From Atractiella rhizophila (lineage: Eukaryota), in assembly GCA_021432655.1 (NCBI GenBank), contig MU271188.1, positions 1-51,532 of the forward strand: DNA of 51,532 nt. Reading direction: 5' to 3'. Made by a program: the position numbers and the translations under genes. Under the pieces are notes generated by a model. That model ran no database searches. It was not told where the DNA came from and was given only the letters and a program-made list of their open reading frames with translations. How positions within the stretch are numbered: position 1 is the stretch's first letter; each line of letters begins with the position of its first letter. This document shows positions 1 to 12,510 of the stretch, in pieces.

Positions 1-759
1 GCAACGCACCAACAGATCAGAGCGTAACAAATTCCGGGCTGTAGTGGGCTCAGCAATGTAGGCAGCTGGGGAAGGGACGAACAAAGAGACCGCATTCTGC
101 GACACCAAGAAAGAATCGCTATTCGCGCCATTGTCAGCAACCTCCAAGCTTGTAAAGTGATGCAAACAACATACAGCAGTTGCGAGACCGGCGAAGCTCG
201 TCACAGTCCCCATCAGGGTCATGACTATCGACCAACAGATGATAATAAAAGTGATCCATCTTGAAGGCTTCAGATATTTCAGAGCGATGTTGGAGGGGGT
301 CTCAAAGATCACATAGCCAACGAAGAAAATAGTAAGACAAGTCAAGTCTGCACGTCTGTCTGTCAACGAGATGCACCGGTGATGGAAGTACAGAAAATGT
401 ACACTGTGTACCCTTCAGCCCTAAATCCACCTCTAGCCCGTTAAGCCTCGCTTGACCGATATTCACACGGTCCAAGAAGGACAGGAGGTAAAGGAGGGAC
501 ATGAAAGGAACCATGTTCCAATCCACCTGAACCAGAATCAACCGTAATCTACAAAGCAGAACCGTCTCACCTTCCTCAAGAGCCTCTTCTCCTCTTCTGG
601 CGACCAAGAGAAGTTGGGATCGGCGAGGATAGACTTGTAGTCGTTCGGATCATAAATCGTATCGTGTTTCTCTCCCGTCAAGCCTGGAACGGAGTTGAAT
701 TTGTCGTCGATGGGAGAGACTTCCTTCTCGTCAAATGTGTCCTGTTTTCCATTCGCCAT
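1..759 (-). CDS. MFS transporter, anion:cation symporter (Dal5/Tna1-like) family; 5' part, runs off the left edge
   Basis: ATG at 759. Spliced reading gives WSPEEEKRLLRK/VDWNMVPFMSLLYLLSFLDRVNIGQARLNGLEVDLGL, then IFFVGYVIFETPSNIALKYLKPSRWITFIIICWSIVMTLMG, the typical N-terminal helices of ACS-family permeases. Confidence 0.9.
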
Positions 760-770
760 TTCGTCTCAAG

Positions 771-832
771 CTGAGTCAACAATCCACACTGTGTTTAGTG
801 TTTAGCTAGACTGGTTGAAAGCGCACACTTAC
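771..832 (-). other. 5'-UTR intron of the MFS permease gene
   Basis: Minus strand reads CAG|GTAAGT at 832, has a CTAAAC/TTGAC branch-like site, and ends CTCAG| at 771, 11 nt before the ATG. Confidence 0.6.
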
Positions 833-1886
833 CTGAAGCGATCTTGACTGTCCTTATTTAGACTTTTGGCTTTTTGTATTAGGCACTATCCAATAAAACC
901 TCGGCCAGTACGTGAGTGAACGTTTGGAGGAGCAGTATGTCTGACAAGTCATCGAAACATGAGCGAGTTTTCCAGATTGAAAACGAGGAGAATACACACG
1001 GGGTGTCAGGGCAAGCAGAACCTCGTCGTTCGCTTCGCAGAAGAGGACCTTGGAGATAGTTTACCCCACTGAAACCCCACACGTAAATTTTTGCGAGAAT
1101 GATCAGACTAACGCGCTAAAACGACTTCGGGATGAAGAGGCCGAGAATAGCGCGAATCATTGGTTGCAGGCTAGTGGGCATTTGTTTGTGCATTGCAAAT
1201 CGAGATATGCGTTGTTCTCTTGAAGGGAAGGCTTGGAGGCAAAGGGAAGAAGTTGAGCCAGAAATCTAATCTCCCACCTAGCAGCACGTCACGTGTTCAA
1301 ATATGACGTCGTCATATGAGACGGAGAGGTGGAAAATACTGGGGAAAATAGTGCGTGTCTTCCAATGCGACAGATTCTGGTGGCGCGGGGGTTTGGCACC
1401 TTTATAGGAAAGGCAGAGCTGGTAGCCATTTCACGGACTTTGTTCCTTGTGTTCCCTGTTAAACCGCCCATGGGAGTTTATGAGCTCAGAGAGCTTCGCT
1501 CATTTTTCATGTTTGAGTGGATTGTCACTGTTTCATCGTGGCGCATAGCATAGGAGATATCAACAGGATGCATATATTCAATAAGGGGTAGCGCATTTAT
1601 ATCTGACATGTGGTTTGCGATGAAGGGAATACTGAATACGATTGTGATTAGATGGGTGGAGAGTCGGAAGCAATGGAAGACAATAAGGGAACAGGCGGAT
1701 ATATGACAAAGGGCAACAACCCCAATGGGGAGGCGTTTGGAACTGTTTGGAATATTTTGGTCAATGAAAAAATCAAATTTCAACAAAACACTCATTTCTG
1801 CATCGCCTACATGCCATTCTTTCCAAATTCGGAATTGGGATATCTTTGTATACTGCCGATAAGACAATTTTCTCTGCATTAATTGT

Positions 1887-2779
1887 TCACGCAAGAACCG
1901 GGAGCACTCTTCCCTCGGCTGGGTCGCTTATCGACCTTTTCTTCGGCCTCTCAGGGCTATTCAGGTATGCCTGCACTCTCTCCCTATTTTGCTATTTCAA
2001 GGAAAATCAGTGAGCGCTACCACGCCGCAAGCGACATACCAATTTCTCATATAACGCTTTCAAATTTGGATGATGGTCGAGAACCTTGGAGTATACCTTC
2101 TTCCAATGAGAAATTACCTCCATGAAGAAAAATTCTCCTGGTACAGGCTGTGTTTCACATCTCAGCCCTAACTCAATAGAAAGGAACGTGCTACAGACCT
2201 TTTCAGTGCCGAAGAAATATCTAGTTCCGTCAGGATTCCAGTGAGTTGTTAGAACTTCCAGCTGATCGAGGTAACCTCTAAGCTCTCCCTCAAACCAGGC
2301 TTTCCAGGCAGCCAGGTCGTCCCAATTCGAGAATGAACGGCGAATATCCAGCAAATTAGAAACCAGCATTCTTCCAACACACAGCTTCAGTAATTAATCC
2401 TCCAATTATAATGACAATCAAATACAACTCACAACGACTGGCTGTAGGCAAGTGGAGTTGGGATGTAGCCCAATTCTTGCCCCAAAAAATGAATGATCGC
2501 ATTCGCCTCACAAAGGAGGACAGGGAGCGAAGAGTCGTCCTTGGAATATGATAGCACAGGAATTTTGGCAAAAGGAAATTTGGTGACATCAAATTTGACT
2601 TTGCCGAATTCCTCACGCGAATAAAAGCGGTCATCTTCAAAAGGCACGCCTACGCAAGTGGTCAGTATCACCAACCTTGATCATGCAATTGCAACTGTAC
2701 CAGAGTCCTTGAGAAGAACTCTTATGCTTTCGGCTACCCCTTGGCAGTCGTAATATGTCAATGTAATTTTGGGTGTCAT
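1887..2779 (-). CDS. Glutathione S-transferase (Tyr-type, Pi/Sigma-like N-domain)
   Basis: Spliced protein MTPKITLTYYDCQGVAESIRVLLKDS/GVPFEDDRF...KFPFAKIPVL...LCEANAIIHFLGQELG...LRGYLDQLEVL...HPNLKALYEKL/QNRERVQAYLNSPERP...VLA*. It carries the GST N-terminal Y-x-x-x-x-G-x-x-E-x-x-R motif and the cis-Pro loop. Confidence 0.88.
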
Positions 2780-4986
2780 CTTTGAATCCTTTAGAACTTC
2801 TCAAGACCTCGTTCTCTCAATCATGTCACTCAAACCTCGGTCTTTTATAGCCTGGCTTTGTTCCCTCTCTGTCCCTCCGCTTACATCATGACGTGTGGGA
2901 CCGCGTGCTGTCTGACAAATTAGTGGTCGAATCAGCGGAAGTCATTGTTGGAAAATTCAGAGACCCGCTGTCACGAGCCACATACAGCGATACAAGGAGC
3001 AAGCAGAAGGGTGCAGGTAAAGACATAGGACTGCCTCGGAAGAAGGAGCCGACACCTGGTTCTGCTGATTGAGTAGTAATATCAAGATATTGTGTGCCCG
3101 AATTCGGACGCTTTTGCAGGCCACCTGCAGAATGCAAAACGGGTGCTACCAGGTTGGGTGAACCGGCATGAAGGTAGTACATTAACGAACTTGCCGCACT
3201 CTAGCACGAGTCAAACAGTGAAGGATACCCAATGCAGTGACCTGGACGTGGCAATTTGCATTACAGGTATGATAGATGGACTCACTTTCTCCTTCCTCAT
3301 AGAATTGCAAAAATCACGTTTCATGGTCTTGAGAACTTTCCCGACAGAGAAAGACCGAACACTTCAGAACAGAAATTTATTGCTTTCAAGCGAACTGAGT
3401 ACACACGCTTCTTTTAAGCTTTTAGCGGAGTCCTCACCATTTCTTGAGCCCTCTCAATCCGTTCGCCTTTTCAACCTGTCACCTACCACTTCAAGAGCAA
3501 TTTGATTAGAGCAATGGTTGGTTTGTCCGAGTTTGTCTTACTCTGATAATAGCGAGCAGAGCAAACCACCAAAACACTCTTTCAGCCCAGCATGCGTCCA
3601 ACCTTCCCTCGACGTGTAGGCTCTCCTGTTTCCTCTTAAGAAGTGCTAATGAGCTGTTAACAGGGTGGTGGACAACGTTACCCTTTCCCTAAGGAAGTAT
3701 GGAGTCCCTCAGGTCAGTGGTTACACCTGTCCAAGTAACGCTCTTACAGAGCTGCATGTGTGAATTTGATGGACAACAGGAGGATGGTGGACCCAACCTT
3801 TGAACTGGAAGACTAATACCGCCGTCGCCTTCGGAGGCGTTGCCTTTATCTGTTACCTCGCCTTCAAGTTTTCGTGCGAGTATGAGCATCGAATTGGTGA
3901 CGGACCAACTCGTTGGATACCGTCAATGATGGTGCGCACCTTCTTTCTTTAGTCAGAAAGGATAGTAATTGTGCTTTGGTGGTGTCGGGAACAGTGGACG
4001 AGAGAAGGAAAGGAGGGAAAAATCAAAATTCGCGAAGACTTTTGGGATGAGCAGGAGGGACGAAAAGAAACGCCGAGTAGTCATCACTGAGATCGTAGAG
4101 AAGAATACATGCTGTTCGAGAAAGAGAAAGGTGCGCTACTGCTTGAATTGAGGGTTCGTGAATAGGCTGGCTAAGTTGGTTGAGCATTGACTTATTGCGC
4201 CTGGAGGCAAAGCAGCTCTCACTTCATCCCTTGTTTTAAGCGCTTGTTGCGGGAATTGGTGGCGGCGTTGCACTGCTCCTCAACCAGCATTGTTTGATGC
4301 TTGTTTGTCAGATTTCAATAAAGCAACTGTTGTAATAAGTTCATTCCTTGTGCTGCCCTTCAGGCACAGTAAAGCGGAACAGCTGTTGCATTCCATCGAT
4401 TCTGTTAACATTGCCCTTCCCAGCACGCCACTAGCCTGTTCTAATAAAAGGCCATCTAATCACCCTAGTTTCCTCTCCATATTTCGATTGGTATATTTCG
4501 TTTATTGGGTGGGTAGTTCGGAGCCGTGTGATAGCAGTACTTAGGATTGACAGGAGAAGATGAAGCTGTTTTGAAGAATGTAAAAAGGCATTGTTGCTGA
4601 CACTGGAATATGGGGGCATATAGTAAGAGTTGACTGTCCCGAACTCCAACAGTCTAACTTGATCGCTCTGATAAGAATTGTTATAACTGAGTTGTCAATC
4701 TACTCATTCCAGCAAAGCACAGACTTAAATGTTTTATACCTTGACAATAAATCCTCAACTCGACTATTTCTTATCATGTTGTCCGGCCAACCCAAGTAAT
4801 GGTGCCTTCTCGAGCCACGGGCTTCGATTGCACCTACTTACGATGAGAATGTACACTTCGTTGAGTCTCGATTGTGACTAAATGGTTGTAACAGCCGAAG
4901 TTACCAAATGTATTTACAGTACAATGTAACTATGCATCCCACTTCTAGACTGTCAGTCTATCCAAGCAAACTCTAACCTCCCTGAT

Positions 4987-5997
4987 TTATACCCCTTTGC
5001 TCAGAACTGGCTCAACTACCTTCGCCACTGCCTCCGCCGTCGTAAACAGGATACCACCAGCAAAAACGGTCCGTCCCAAACGCATCACGGTTCCCCTCCA
5101 AAAAGATTTAATCCCTCCATCGGCCCATATATCACGGATGGCTTCCATCATTGTTGTGCTAATGACTTCATTAGCACATCTCACATGGGTAAATGAGGGA
5201 AGGCACACCGTTTTCGCTGCCTGCGAACGTGTCTTGATGGTATCGAAAGGCTGAGTCGCAAGCGTAGTGATAACTCCAGCACAAGCTCCATTGGCAAAAT
5301 TGACCACTGTGGACTGCTTGATTCCCTTCCTGCTCTCAAAATCCTTCAGGATATTATAGCTTCCCATCCTGAAGCTTGTCGCACCAGCCTGCTTCAATGT
5401 CGTCCCTTGGAAACCACGATAGAGGCCAATGAGTCCGTCCTCTTTGAGAATCGCTTTGATAGCAGCCGAGGTGTTGGCGAATCGTTTAGCGGAACGCGCG
5501 TCGTCTATTAATGCTGTTTTCACTCGCTCTGTAGGCGTTACTGCAAAGATACTGGCCATCACACCGCCGCCATGCCCGCTCCCATGCTCCTCATTGGAGT
5601 CAAAGTGCCGTCCGAGGAGGCGAAGGCGTTTTTGACGGTATCAAACGAGAGGAAGCGTACGGCATCCTTGCCTACGCTTCCGATAACCATTATACCCACC
5701 CCGCGATAGATAGACCGTAATCCTTCATTCTTGTATGCTTGGAGGAGGACGGAGAAGGGATTTCGGGAGGGTTTTGCGGTAGAGGAAGAAGGTGAGGCAC
5801 GGAGTTGAGCGCGTGTTTTGGCGAATTCGAAGGGATAAGTTAGCGCTGTAGTTTATTGCCAGAGAAGACACAATGAGATTTGAATCTTTGGAGACGGAAA
5901 ATAAACAGACCTGCTTCTACTCCTCCGCTATGCCTCCGCTAATGAGAGACACAGAAGGCAGCGTCTTTTTTCCGTTTTTCCCGTTTTCAGCTCCCAT
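4987..5997 (-). pseudogene. Mitochondrial carrier, citrate/tricarboxylate (Ctp1-like), with two apparent 1-bp deletions
   Basis: Carrier signatures YPFEFAKTRAQL, TPTERVKTALID and QPFDTIKTRSQ are present. The frame breaks at ~5925 (ATA GCG GAG GAG TAG instead of I-A-G-G-V-E-A) and at ~5568 (ATG GCG GCG GTG TGA instead of M-A-G-G-V-M-A). Either a real pseudogene or consensus errors. Confidence 0.75.
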
Positions 5998-6390
5998 ACC
6001 TGGCATTTACTCCCATATATCTAAATACGTCTAGATATCTAATAGAATTGAAGCAAGGGCAAACCCTGGAGATCCCTGCAGGAGGAGATGGTCGTTTTAT
6101 GGTGTCGCGTGATGGGGGAAACCGGAACCTGGCAGTTTGCCGCTCAGACAGACACCGGGGGAGTCCATCTTCCATCAGATATCAACTTGTGCTGAGGATG
6201 AGCACGGTGCTCGGTTTCAGCAGCGGAATGCTCTCCATCGCCTGTATTGAAATTGTTTTATGTTTTTGATTTGACACACCTAAGTCACGTGGAGAATCTG
6301 CAGGTTCCTTCTATCATGATAAGGACAGGTTTAAACAGCTATAAACACGAAACTGAACTCTATTGACAGCCTACAAAAGTCCGTTAGAAC

Positions 6391-9225
6391 TCAAGGAGCT
6401 CGAATCTGTTCCTCCTCCACTCCGTCTTCCACATGCTGCTGTCTCTTCCTCTCCCTGCTCTTCCAAGCCCTCCAAGCCCTACGTACGGCCCACCAAATGC
6501 AGAACACAATCACGCTGAGGATGACAACGAGGATGCCTACCGCCTCCACTCCGATGAGGACGAATCCAATGATGGCCCTCGTGAGGGCTGAGATGTTGTG
6601 GTTCTTTAGAGCGAACGGGATCAGGGTCGCGATGACGGCTACACGGAAGAGGGAGAGGACGGTGGTGAGGAAGTTTGAGAATTTGGAGATATAGGGACGG
6701 ATGAGGAGGTGGGCTAGGAAGTGGATGGTCGAAAGTACGACAAGGAAGATGACTTGGAGCAGGCCATGGTTCTGTCCCATCCAAACGTCGATCAGTCAAT
6801 CAGAAGGGGAGGGAAGTGAAGTGAGAAGGAGGAATGACAACCTGTGCGAAACCCCACGACTGCAGCTTCGACCAATTCGATCATGAGCACGAAAGGGAGG
6901 AACCAATACTTTCCCTTCGGTTTGAATTCGACATTGTATTCCTCCCAACACTCCTTCACAGAATCCACGGGGCCATACCACCGTTGCTTCCTCATCTTTG
7001 CATCATTCCCTTGCTCCGTCTTTCTCCTCTGCAACCAATCCAGCTCCTTCAACAGCTCGTCTGACGTCCTGATCTCTGTCCCTCTTCTTTTGCAATGGAG
7101 TGAGACAAACGAGGATCAACAAGATGGTGAGGATGGCTAAGATGAGAGCTGCGAAGAGTTGAAATACCCAGCTAGCATGGGGACCGAGGGAGAAGGTGTA
7201 GAAAGAAAAGAGGGAAAGTGGGAAGTAGCAGGTGATGAGGACCCGAAGGGCCATCATGCAAGCGAAGAAACGCCATCGCCATCTCTTTGCCACTTCTTGG
7301 ATCGTAGGTTTCGAGGTCGAGATGCCCTTTTCGTTGAGGACGCTTTGACGCTTATTGTACCGACGTTTGAGGACGGACATCCAGCCGAGGCAGAGGAGGT
7401 AAAGCACGGTCATGAAAACCAAAGTGAGGCCAAGGAGGATGAGAAAGTTGATGAATGATCTATAGTCCAGTTCCATTTCACGTTCGTTCTTTACGCTCTC
7501 ATTGGCAAGGATTGGAGAAACTCACGTCATGAAGAGCGCTCCAGGCTGGATATTCAAGTCAGTAGCTACGATTTCCAATCCAGAGGTGGGGATGGCTGTT
7601 TCATCGCATCCATTTCTCAGCTCAAATCATCTCATCTTCGAACGAAGAAAAGACGTACAGCCCTCGTTCTGGACATAGGGTATCCCCTCCACATCCCCAC
7701 TCGCAGGTTGGACGCTCTGTCTCTTGCTCAGTCCCCCTACGTCTCTCAACGGCCCGACCTCGAACCTCTCCCACTCCACGCGCGGATACTCCGCAATTTT
7801 GGCCGTTGAAGCGAAAGGGAAAGGAAGCGTGTTCCCATCCGTGTTGCCGCTCCCAGTCAGATTGGTGTAAGTAAAGTTGGCAGCGCGTCCGACGAATCCT
7901 AAAGAATCGTCATCTGCTCCAGTGCGTTTACCGAAGGAGTTGAGGGAGGATTGGATGGCTTTTACGTAGATTAGGAGGTTGGACCAGGCGAAGTTCTCTG
8001 TGAAGCCCAAGTAGGCACCTAGTGTCATCGGGCATCAACTATCACATGAACCATGCTACCTAAGGGGTAGAGAACACACCAGGTGTCTGGAGGGTAAGGA
8101 ATCCTGTCAGAGAGATGTGTTGAAAGAATTTAATAACAGTTTGAAAGACCATCGTCCCTCTACTCTTCGGCGGTTCAAAACTGACAGGAGTGCCTAAAAT
8201 GACCGAACTCCTCAGTGGGGATTCGGGATGAGAAGAGAGGTCTCTAAAGCTGATGAGGAGGAAGGCAACGAGGACAATGAGGCCTACTGTGAGGCTGATG
8301 CTCTCGACGTGCGTGCTCAATCCGTTCGACAGTGAAGCTCGAATACAGGCTACTACTGCGCCAGTGACGTTGTCTATCAGCTCGATCTTCGCCGTCGCGT
8401 CGAGGTTGGGCACGATGTAAGCTTCTTTGGGGATGTTGGGAATGACTGAGGAGGGAAGTGGAATCACTGCTACTCCGTGAAAGTCATATTGGGGTAGCGG
8501 ACAGATGACCCCTCCGAAGAGGGAGCAGATGTCGTACGTTTGGTTGAGAACCTGAAAGCACGTTATCAGTATCTAGCAGTTTAAATATTCGGATAGTAAA
8601 ATATCGTGAAAGACGCATTAACGCATTAAAGCATCAAGATGTAGAGGATTGAGGCATTAAGCATTAAGCATTAAGCATTAGATCATTAGAAAATTCCTCA
8701 TCAAAGCATTGTGCATCAAAGCATCAAAGCATTAATTAAAGTACTCAGTCTTAAACATTGAGCAATCGAGCATCGAGCATTGGGCATTGAAGGGCACTGA
8801 GAACTGAGTAACGAAACAGTCGAAGGAAAGGACTGACGCTCTTCCCATAGGCTACGAGGGAGACAGCAATGGTAGGATAGAGATTAGGTAGGACGGATTG
8901 TGCATGTATGTTGAAGGCAATGGAATTATTGTTCCTGTAAAACTTGAGCTGGAACTGTTCGACGAGGATGGCGTTAGGTGGGGAGCAGTAGGAGACGGAG
9001 GACGCGTCTATTCCGTCCATTCTATTGTCAGTTTTTATGTTCATTGTCTTGGATGCAGATTTATCGAGTGAATGCAGATGGGATCTAGATGGAGATGTAC
9101 ATTGAAGGAGTGAGAGACATACAGAGCTCCTGAGAGTTCAAGAAACTAGGCACGCCAATGGCCTGGACCGTTGAAGATCGAAGGGAGGAAAGGAGGAGGA
9201 AGAAAGGGAGGATTAGCGCCCACAT
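6391..9225 (-). CDS. TRP-like channel / flavin carrier (Flc1/Pkd2 family) with N-terminal ML-like domain
   Basis: Signal peptide MWALILPFFLLLSSLRSSTVQA, then ASSVSYCSPP...LNQTYDICSLFGGVICPLPQYDFHG...AYIVPNLDATAKI...VACIRASLSNGLST, FFQHISLTGFLTL, YLGFTENFAWS, followed by many TM helices. The frame near 7110 is unresolved (intron or indel). Confidence 0.85.
8614..8810. repeat. Degenerate 7-8 bp satellite (GCATTAA/GCATCAA/GCATCGA) inside an enlarged 286-nt intron (8552-8837)
   Basis: Visible directly: gcattaagcattaagcattaagcattag, gcatcaaagcatcaaagcattaa, gcaatcgagcatcgagcattgggcattga. Confidence 0.8.
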
Positions 9226-9632
9226 CGTGTGGGAATCGTCGTCAAGTCGTTATTGCAATGGAACCGTAAAATTCGAACAGAAAAGAGTGCCAGTCGATGA
9301 GCTAATAATATTGGTGGCCTCAAAATGAGGGAGCTATGTTGCCCTTGGGATGGCCCACGCCTGCGAGAGGCTACGGCGTAAAGAGCGATGATGAAGCCGT
9401 GAACGATGTAAAGCGATAGCCTGAGGAGAGGTCGTGGTGCTTTGGGTCAACGGCGCGGTGAGGAGAAGCTGATGATAGTTGATGCCGTTCGCGTTCTTAT
9501 TTGACAGATCCGGGCAGCTAGAACAAAGTGACAAAACAGCTGAAAAGAGAAAAGAGGGATTTCGGGAAAAGGTAATCAAAATTCAAGGACTACTGGACAT
9601 AGAGGGATATTACGGTAGAGATAGAGACGGAA

Positions 9633-10221
9633 ATGAGTGAACCACTTCCGCTGAGCCAGCGTCGCAAAGACCTCGGCTGGTTCGCCTTCTTCCTCATCCA
9701 CCTCATCGCGTCACTTTGCATCGGTGAGCATCTCATTCCACTCAAAAAACGTTCTTATAGTCTCTGTAAAAGACCTGCAAGGGGTCCTGCCTTCGTCCTT
9801 CTATCCCAGTCAACTCAAATCCTTCTATGCCTACTACTTAACCGACCAGGCCGATCCCCTTCTCACAAACCAGGACTCTCCAGCCTACATCTGGTTCAAG
9901 ACGTTCATCTACTGTGAGGTCTTCTTCCAACTCCCCGTCTTCGTACTCGGGATGTACCTCCTCCGCTCGCGGCCGTCCAGTCCAATCCTCAACCCGCTGC
10001 TCCTCGTCTATTCCACTCATGCTTTCACCACCATCCTCCCTTGCTTTTCTACCATCCTCACCGCTGATGGAGACGGAGCGCCGACTTACGATCAGAAGGT
10101 TAAACTTGTTTGCAGCTATGCTTCTATCACCATACCTATCCTTTTCATGCTCTTCGATTCTTGGTCTCGCGTCGTTCGTGACGGCGTCACAGCCAGGATG
10201 GCAGAAAAGAAGAAGGATTGA
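9633..10221 (+). CDS. EXPERA-domain membrane protein (TMEM97/sigma-2 receptor-like)
   Basis: MSEPLPLSQRRKDLGWFAFFLIHLIASLCI/DLQGVLP...YYLTDQADPLL...WFKTFIYCEVFFQLPVFV...LLLVYSTHAFTTILPC...KKKD*, with one intron from 9724 and a C-terminal di-lysine ER-retrieval-like tail. Confidence 0.85.
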
Positions 10222-10394
10222 AATGTGAAGGGTTGTTCACAGCGCGGAGGAGCAGTGCAAAGAAGAGGGAACCGAGATTAGGGAAATGAAGTGAAACTGG
10301 TGGGGAGGAGAGGAGAGGAGCAAGGACGGAGGCGGGAAAGCAAAGGGATCAATTGATGACATTCCCGACACATCCTATTTACTCGTAATCTAAT

Positions 10395-11390
10395 CTAATC
10401 CTCAAACTTAACCTCCTCCCACTCCACCCTGTCCTCTCCCGCATCCCACCTCCACCTCTCATCCAACCACCAATACTCGACCTCCTTCCAAACCTCGCTC
10501 TCCTTCCCCACTACAAACCCCAAGCTCTCAAAAAGTCGTCTGCTCCCTCCATTCTCTATGCCAACCTTTGCACAGAATTCGGACGGCTTCAACCCCATCT
10601 GGAGTGTGCAGTAAGACAGAAAGATCTTCATAGCATCACGACCTAATCCCCGCCTTCGGTGCCTTTTGGAGGCAATCATAATCTCCATCTCACAGTGTCG
10701 GGAAGGAGGTGTACCGGGAGGCGTGAGGAAAAGGTTCACGTCGCCGATCATGGGTGACGAGAGGAGGGAGGATGTTTGCGTTGCGTCCCATTGGGATGTG
10801 GACGTGGACGTAGATGTGGACGTGGACGTAGATGTGGACGTGGATGTGGACGTGGATGGAGGGATGGATGGGGACGAGGGTTCGCGCGACAGAATGATGA
10901 ATGTGAGCTCTGCAACATAAGATGTCAATCAGTCCACTTTATCTTCTTCTCGTTGGTCGCATCGTCCTTTGCGGATGTATAGAGACGTACTGTCAGGATC
11001 AAGGTGCCACTTCCCTGTCCCCTCCTCTATCAGCTTCCTGCGAATGTTGATACTCAAGGAACGAGAAAGAGGAAAGACAGGGAGGCACACGTTGCATCTC
11101 GTACTCCTCCTCAAGCGTTAACCGCTCAGATGCCGTCGCTGTCCTCAACTCTTCATCTTCCATCCTATACCCGCACATCAGCTTAAGCGACTCAAAGACA
11201 TGATCAAGATACAAGAAGATAGAATGTCGAAGGACCTCACCATTCGTGGTACCTCGCGACGTGCTCCTGTCTTTCGTTTCCGTCAGCATTCAAGTTGAAG
11301 TGCAAGAGCTATTGGGACAGGACGCACGGCGCGATAGGGAACGAGGATCACCCGCTTCCCGATGAGGATCGTTGACTCGTTTAGGCGCAT
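10395..11390 (-). CDS. GNAT acetyltransferase, NAT9-like
   Basis: MRLNESTILIGKRVILVPYR/EHVARYHEW/MEDEELRTATASERLTLEEEYEMQ/KWHLDPD/K.TFIIL...MIGDVNLFL...EMEIMIASKRHRRRGLG, the NAT9 family pattern. Confidence 0.88.
10795..10854. repeat. Coding hexamer microsatellite (GAYGTR)x10 encoding (Ser-Thr)n in the NAT9-like gene
   Basis: gatgtg gacgtg gacgta repeated, with a nested 18-mer period. Confidence 0.9.
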
Positions 11391-12510
11391 CGACAAAAAA
11401 TGAACCCTATGTGGCAATACTAGCCTGCAATATACTATCGATATCGACCTGATCACCAATCAATCCGCCATTGACTGAGAAAGGCAATCAAGCCAAGACT
11501 ACAGGGTAATGTTATTCCGCACGGAAGTGGCTAAGCTGAAGTCGCCAACTCGGTGGGTTGGTGGGGACGTTTCTTTCCAACTATCACTCGGACTGGCTTG
11601 TCGTGGCCCGACCTCTGAATCAAGCCCATAAAACTAGTATTCCATCACGAGAACCTGCATGACAGCCTGTCATGGCAAGGCCAACATTCCGAAGTACGAC
11701 TTCCCATGTCTCAATACCATCTTCTTTCAGAATCTTTCTTTTCGCGTTATCTTTTCCCTAGCGATGTTCACCAGCAACATCATCCTGCGTTGAGCTGCTA
11801 CGACAACGACCCCGATTCCATCCACCCTGTCCTATAAACCAGACCCTGCTCTGCAGTTTTTGGAACACTTTACTACACGACAATGATGATTCTGCACGTT
11901 CAACGCCGCGGTGTTCGATGTTCTGTTCAACCTTGCATTATTAACAGCAGCTTCGGATTCGACAGGGATGCAATAAATTCCCCGTTCTATAAAGGTATCT
12001 TGTTCAAAGCCTTTCTAAAGATGGCTTGAACGTTCAGCTTCAGGGGAGCGGAGACGGACGGAGAAGGAAGGTCGTCGGGACGGTCAGTACTGGCTCATAT
12101 TTCATGTTCATGAAGCCCACTGCTTCCCTGCAAATTGACACTGCTACAGGTTGTTTAGTTGTTTAATGCTGTTTAAAGGCAATCCAGCCAGCCAGCTGTC
12201 CATAAAAATTGAAAGGTTTTTTGAGTCATCCTCGAATGAACCGAAGAAGGTTTTGAACAAGAAGAGACAGAGGCAGTTCGAGGGCAGGACACGTTCCTGC
12301 CCTCCTGCTTCAACCAAGTTCCTTCGTTATCCTTTTTGCATTTCAATGTTCGAGATATAAATATGAAGGTCTTCGTTGGCAGGTGCTTCCTCCTCCCCTC
12401 CCCTCTCCTCGAGTGCGCAAGCTGATTGCCTCCCGATTAATGTTTGTCTCTCTCTTTGGTGCACCTTGCCTCCGGAATCCTCCCCGTCGCCGTACAGCCA
12501 AGTTGCCAGC

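Noticed and set aside
826..836. ACTTACCTG resembling the 5' end of U1 snRNA
   Set aside because: It is the reverse complement of a CAG|GTAAGT splice donor in the MFS 5' UTR; no U1 stem-loops or Sm site follow.
2886..4650. Short ORFs between the GST and carrier genes
   Set aside because: No recognisable motif and no consistent splice model; a degenerate gene cannot be excluded.
8614..8810. CRISPR-like or telomeric array
   Set aside because: Eukaryotic intron with short units, no unique spacers, and not a TTAGGG repeat.
11830..12000. TATA-like box followed by ATGATGA (possible small exon or C-box)
   Set aside because: No matching D box or convincing downstream exon; insufficient support.
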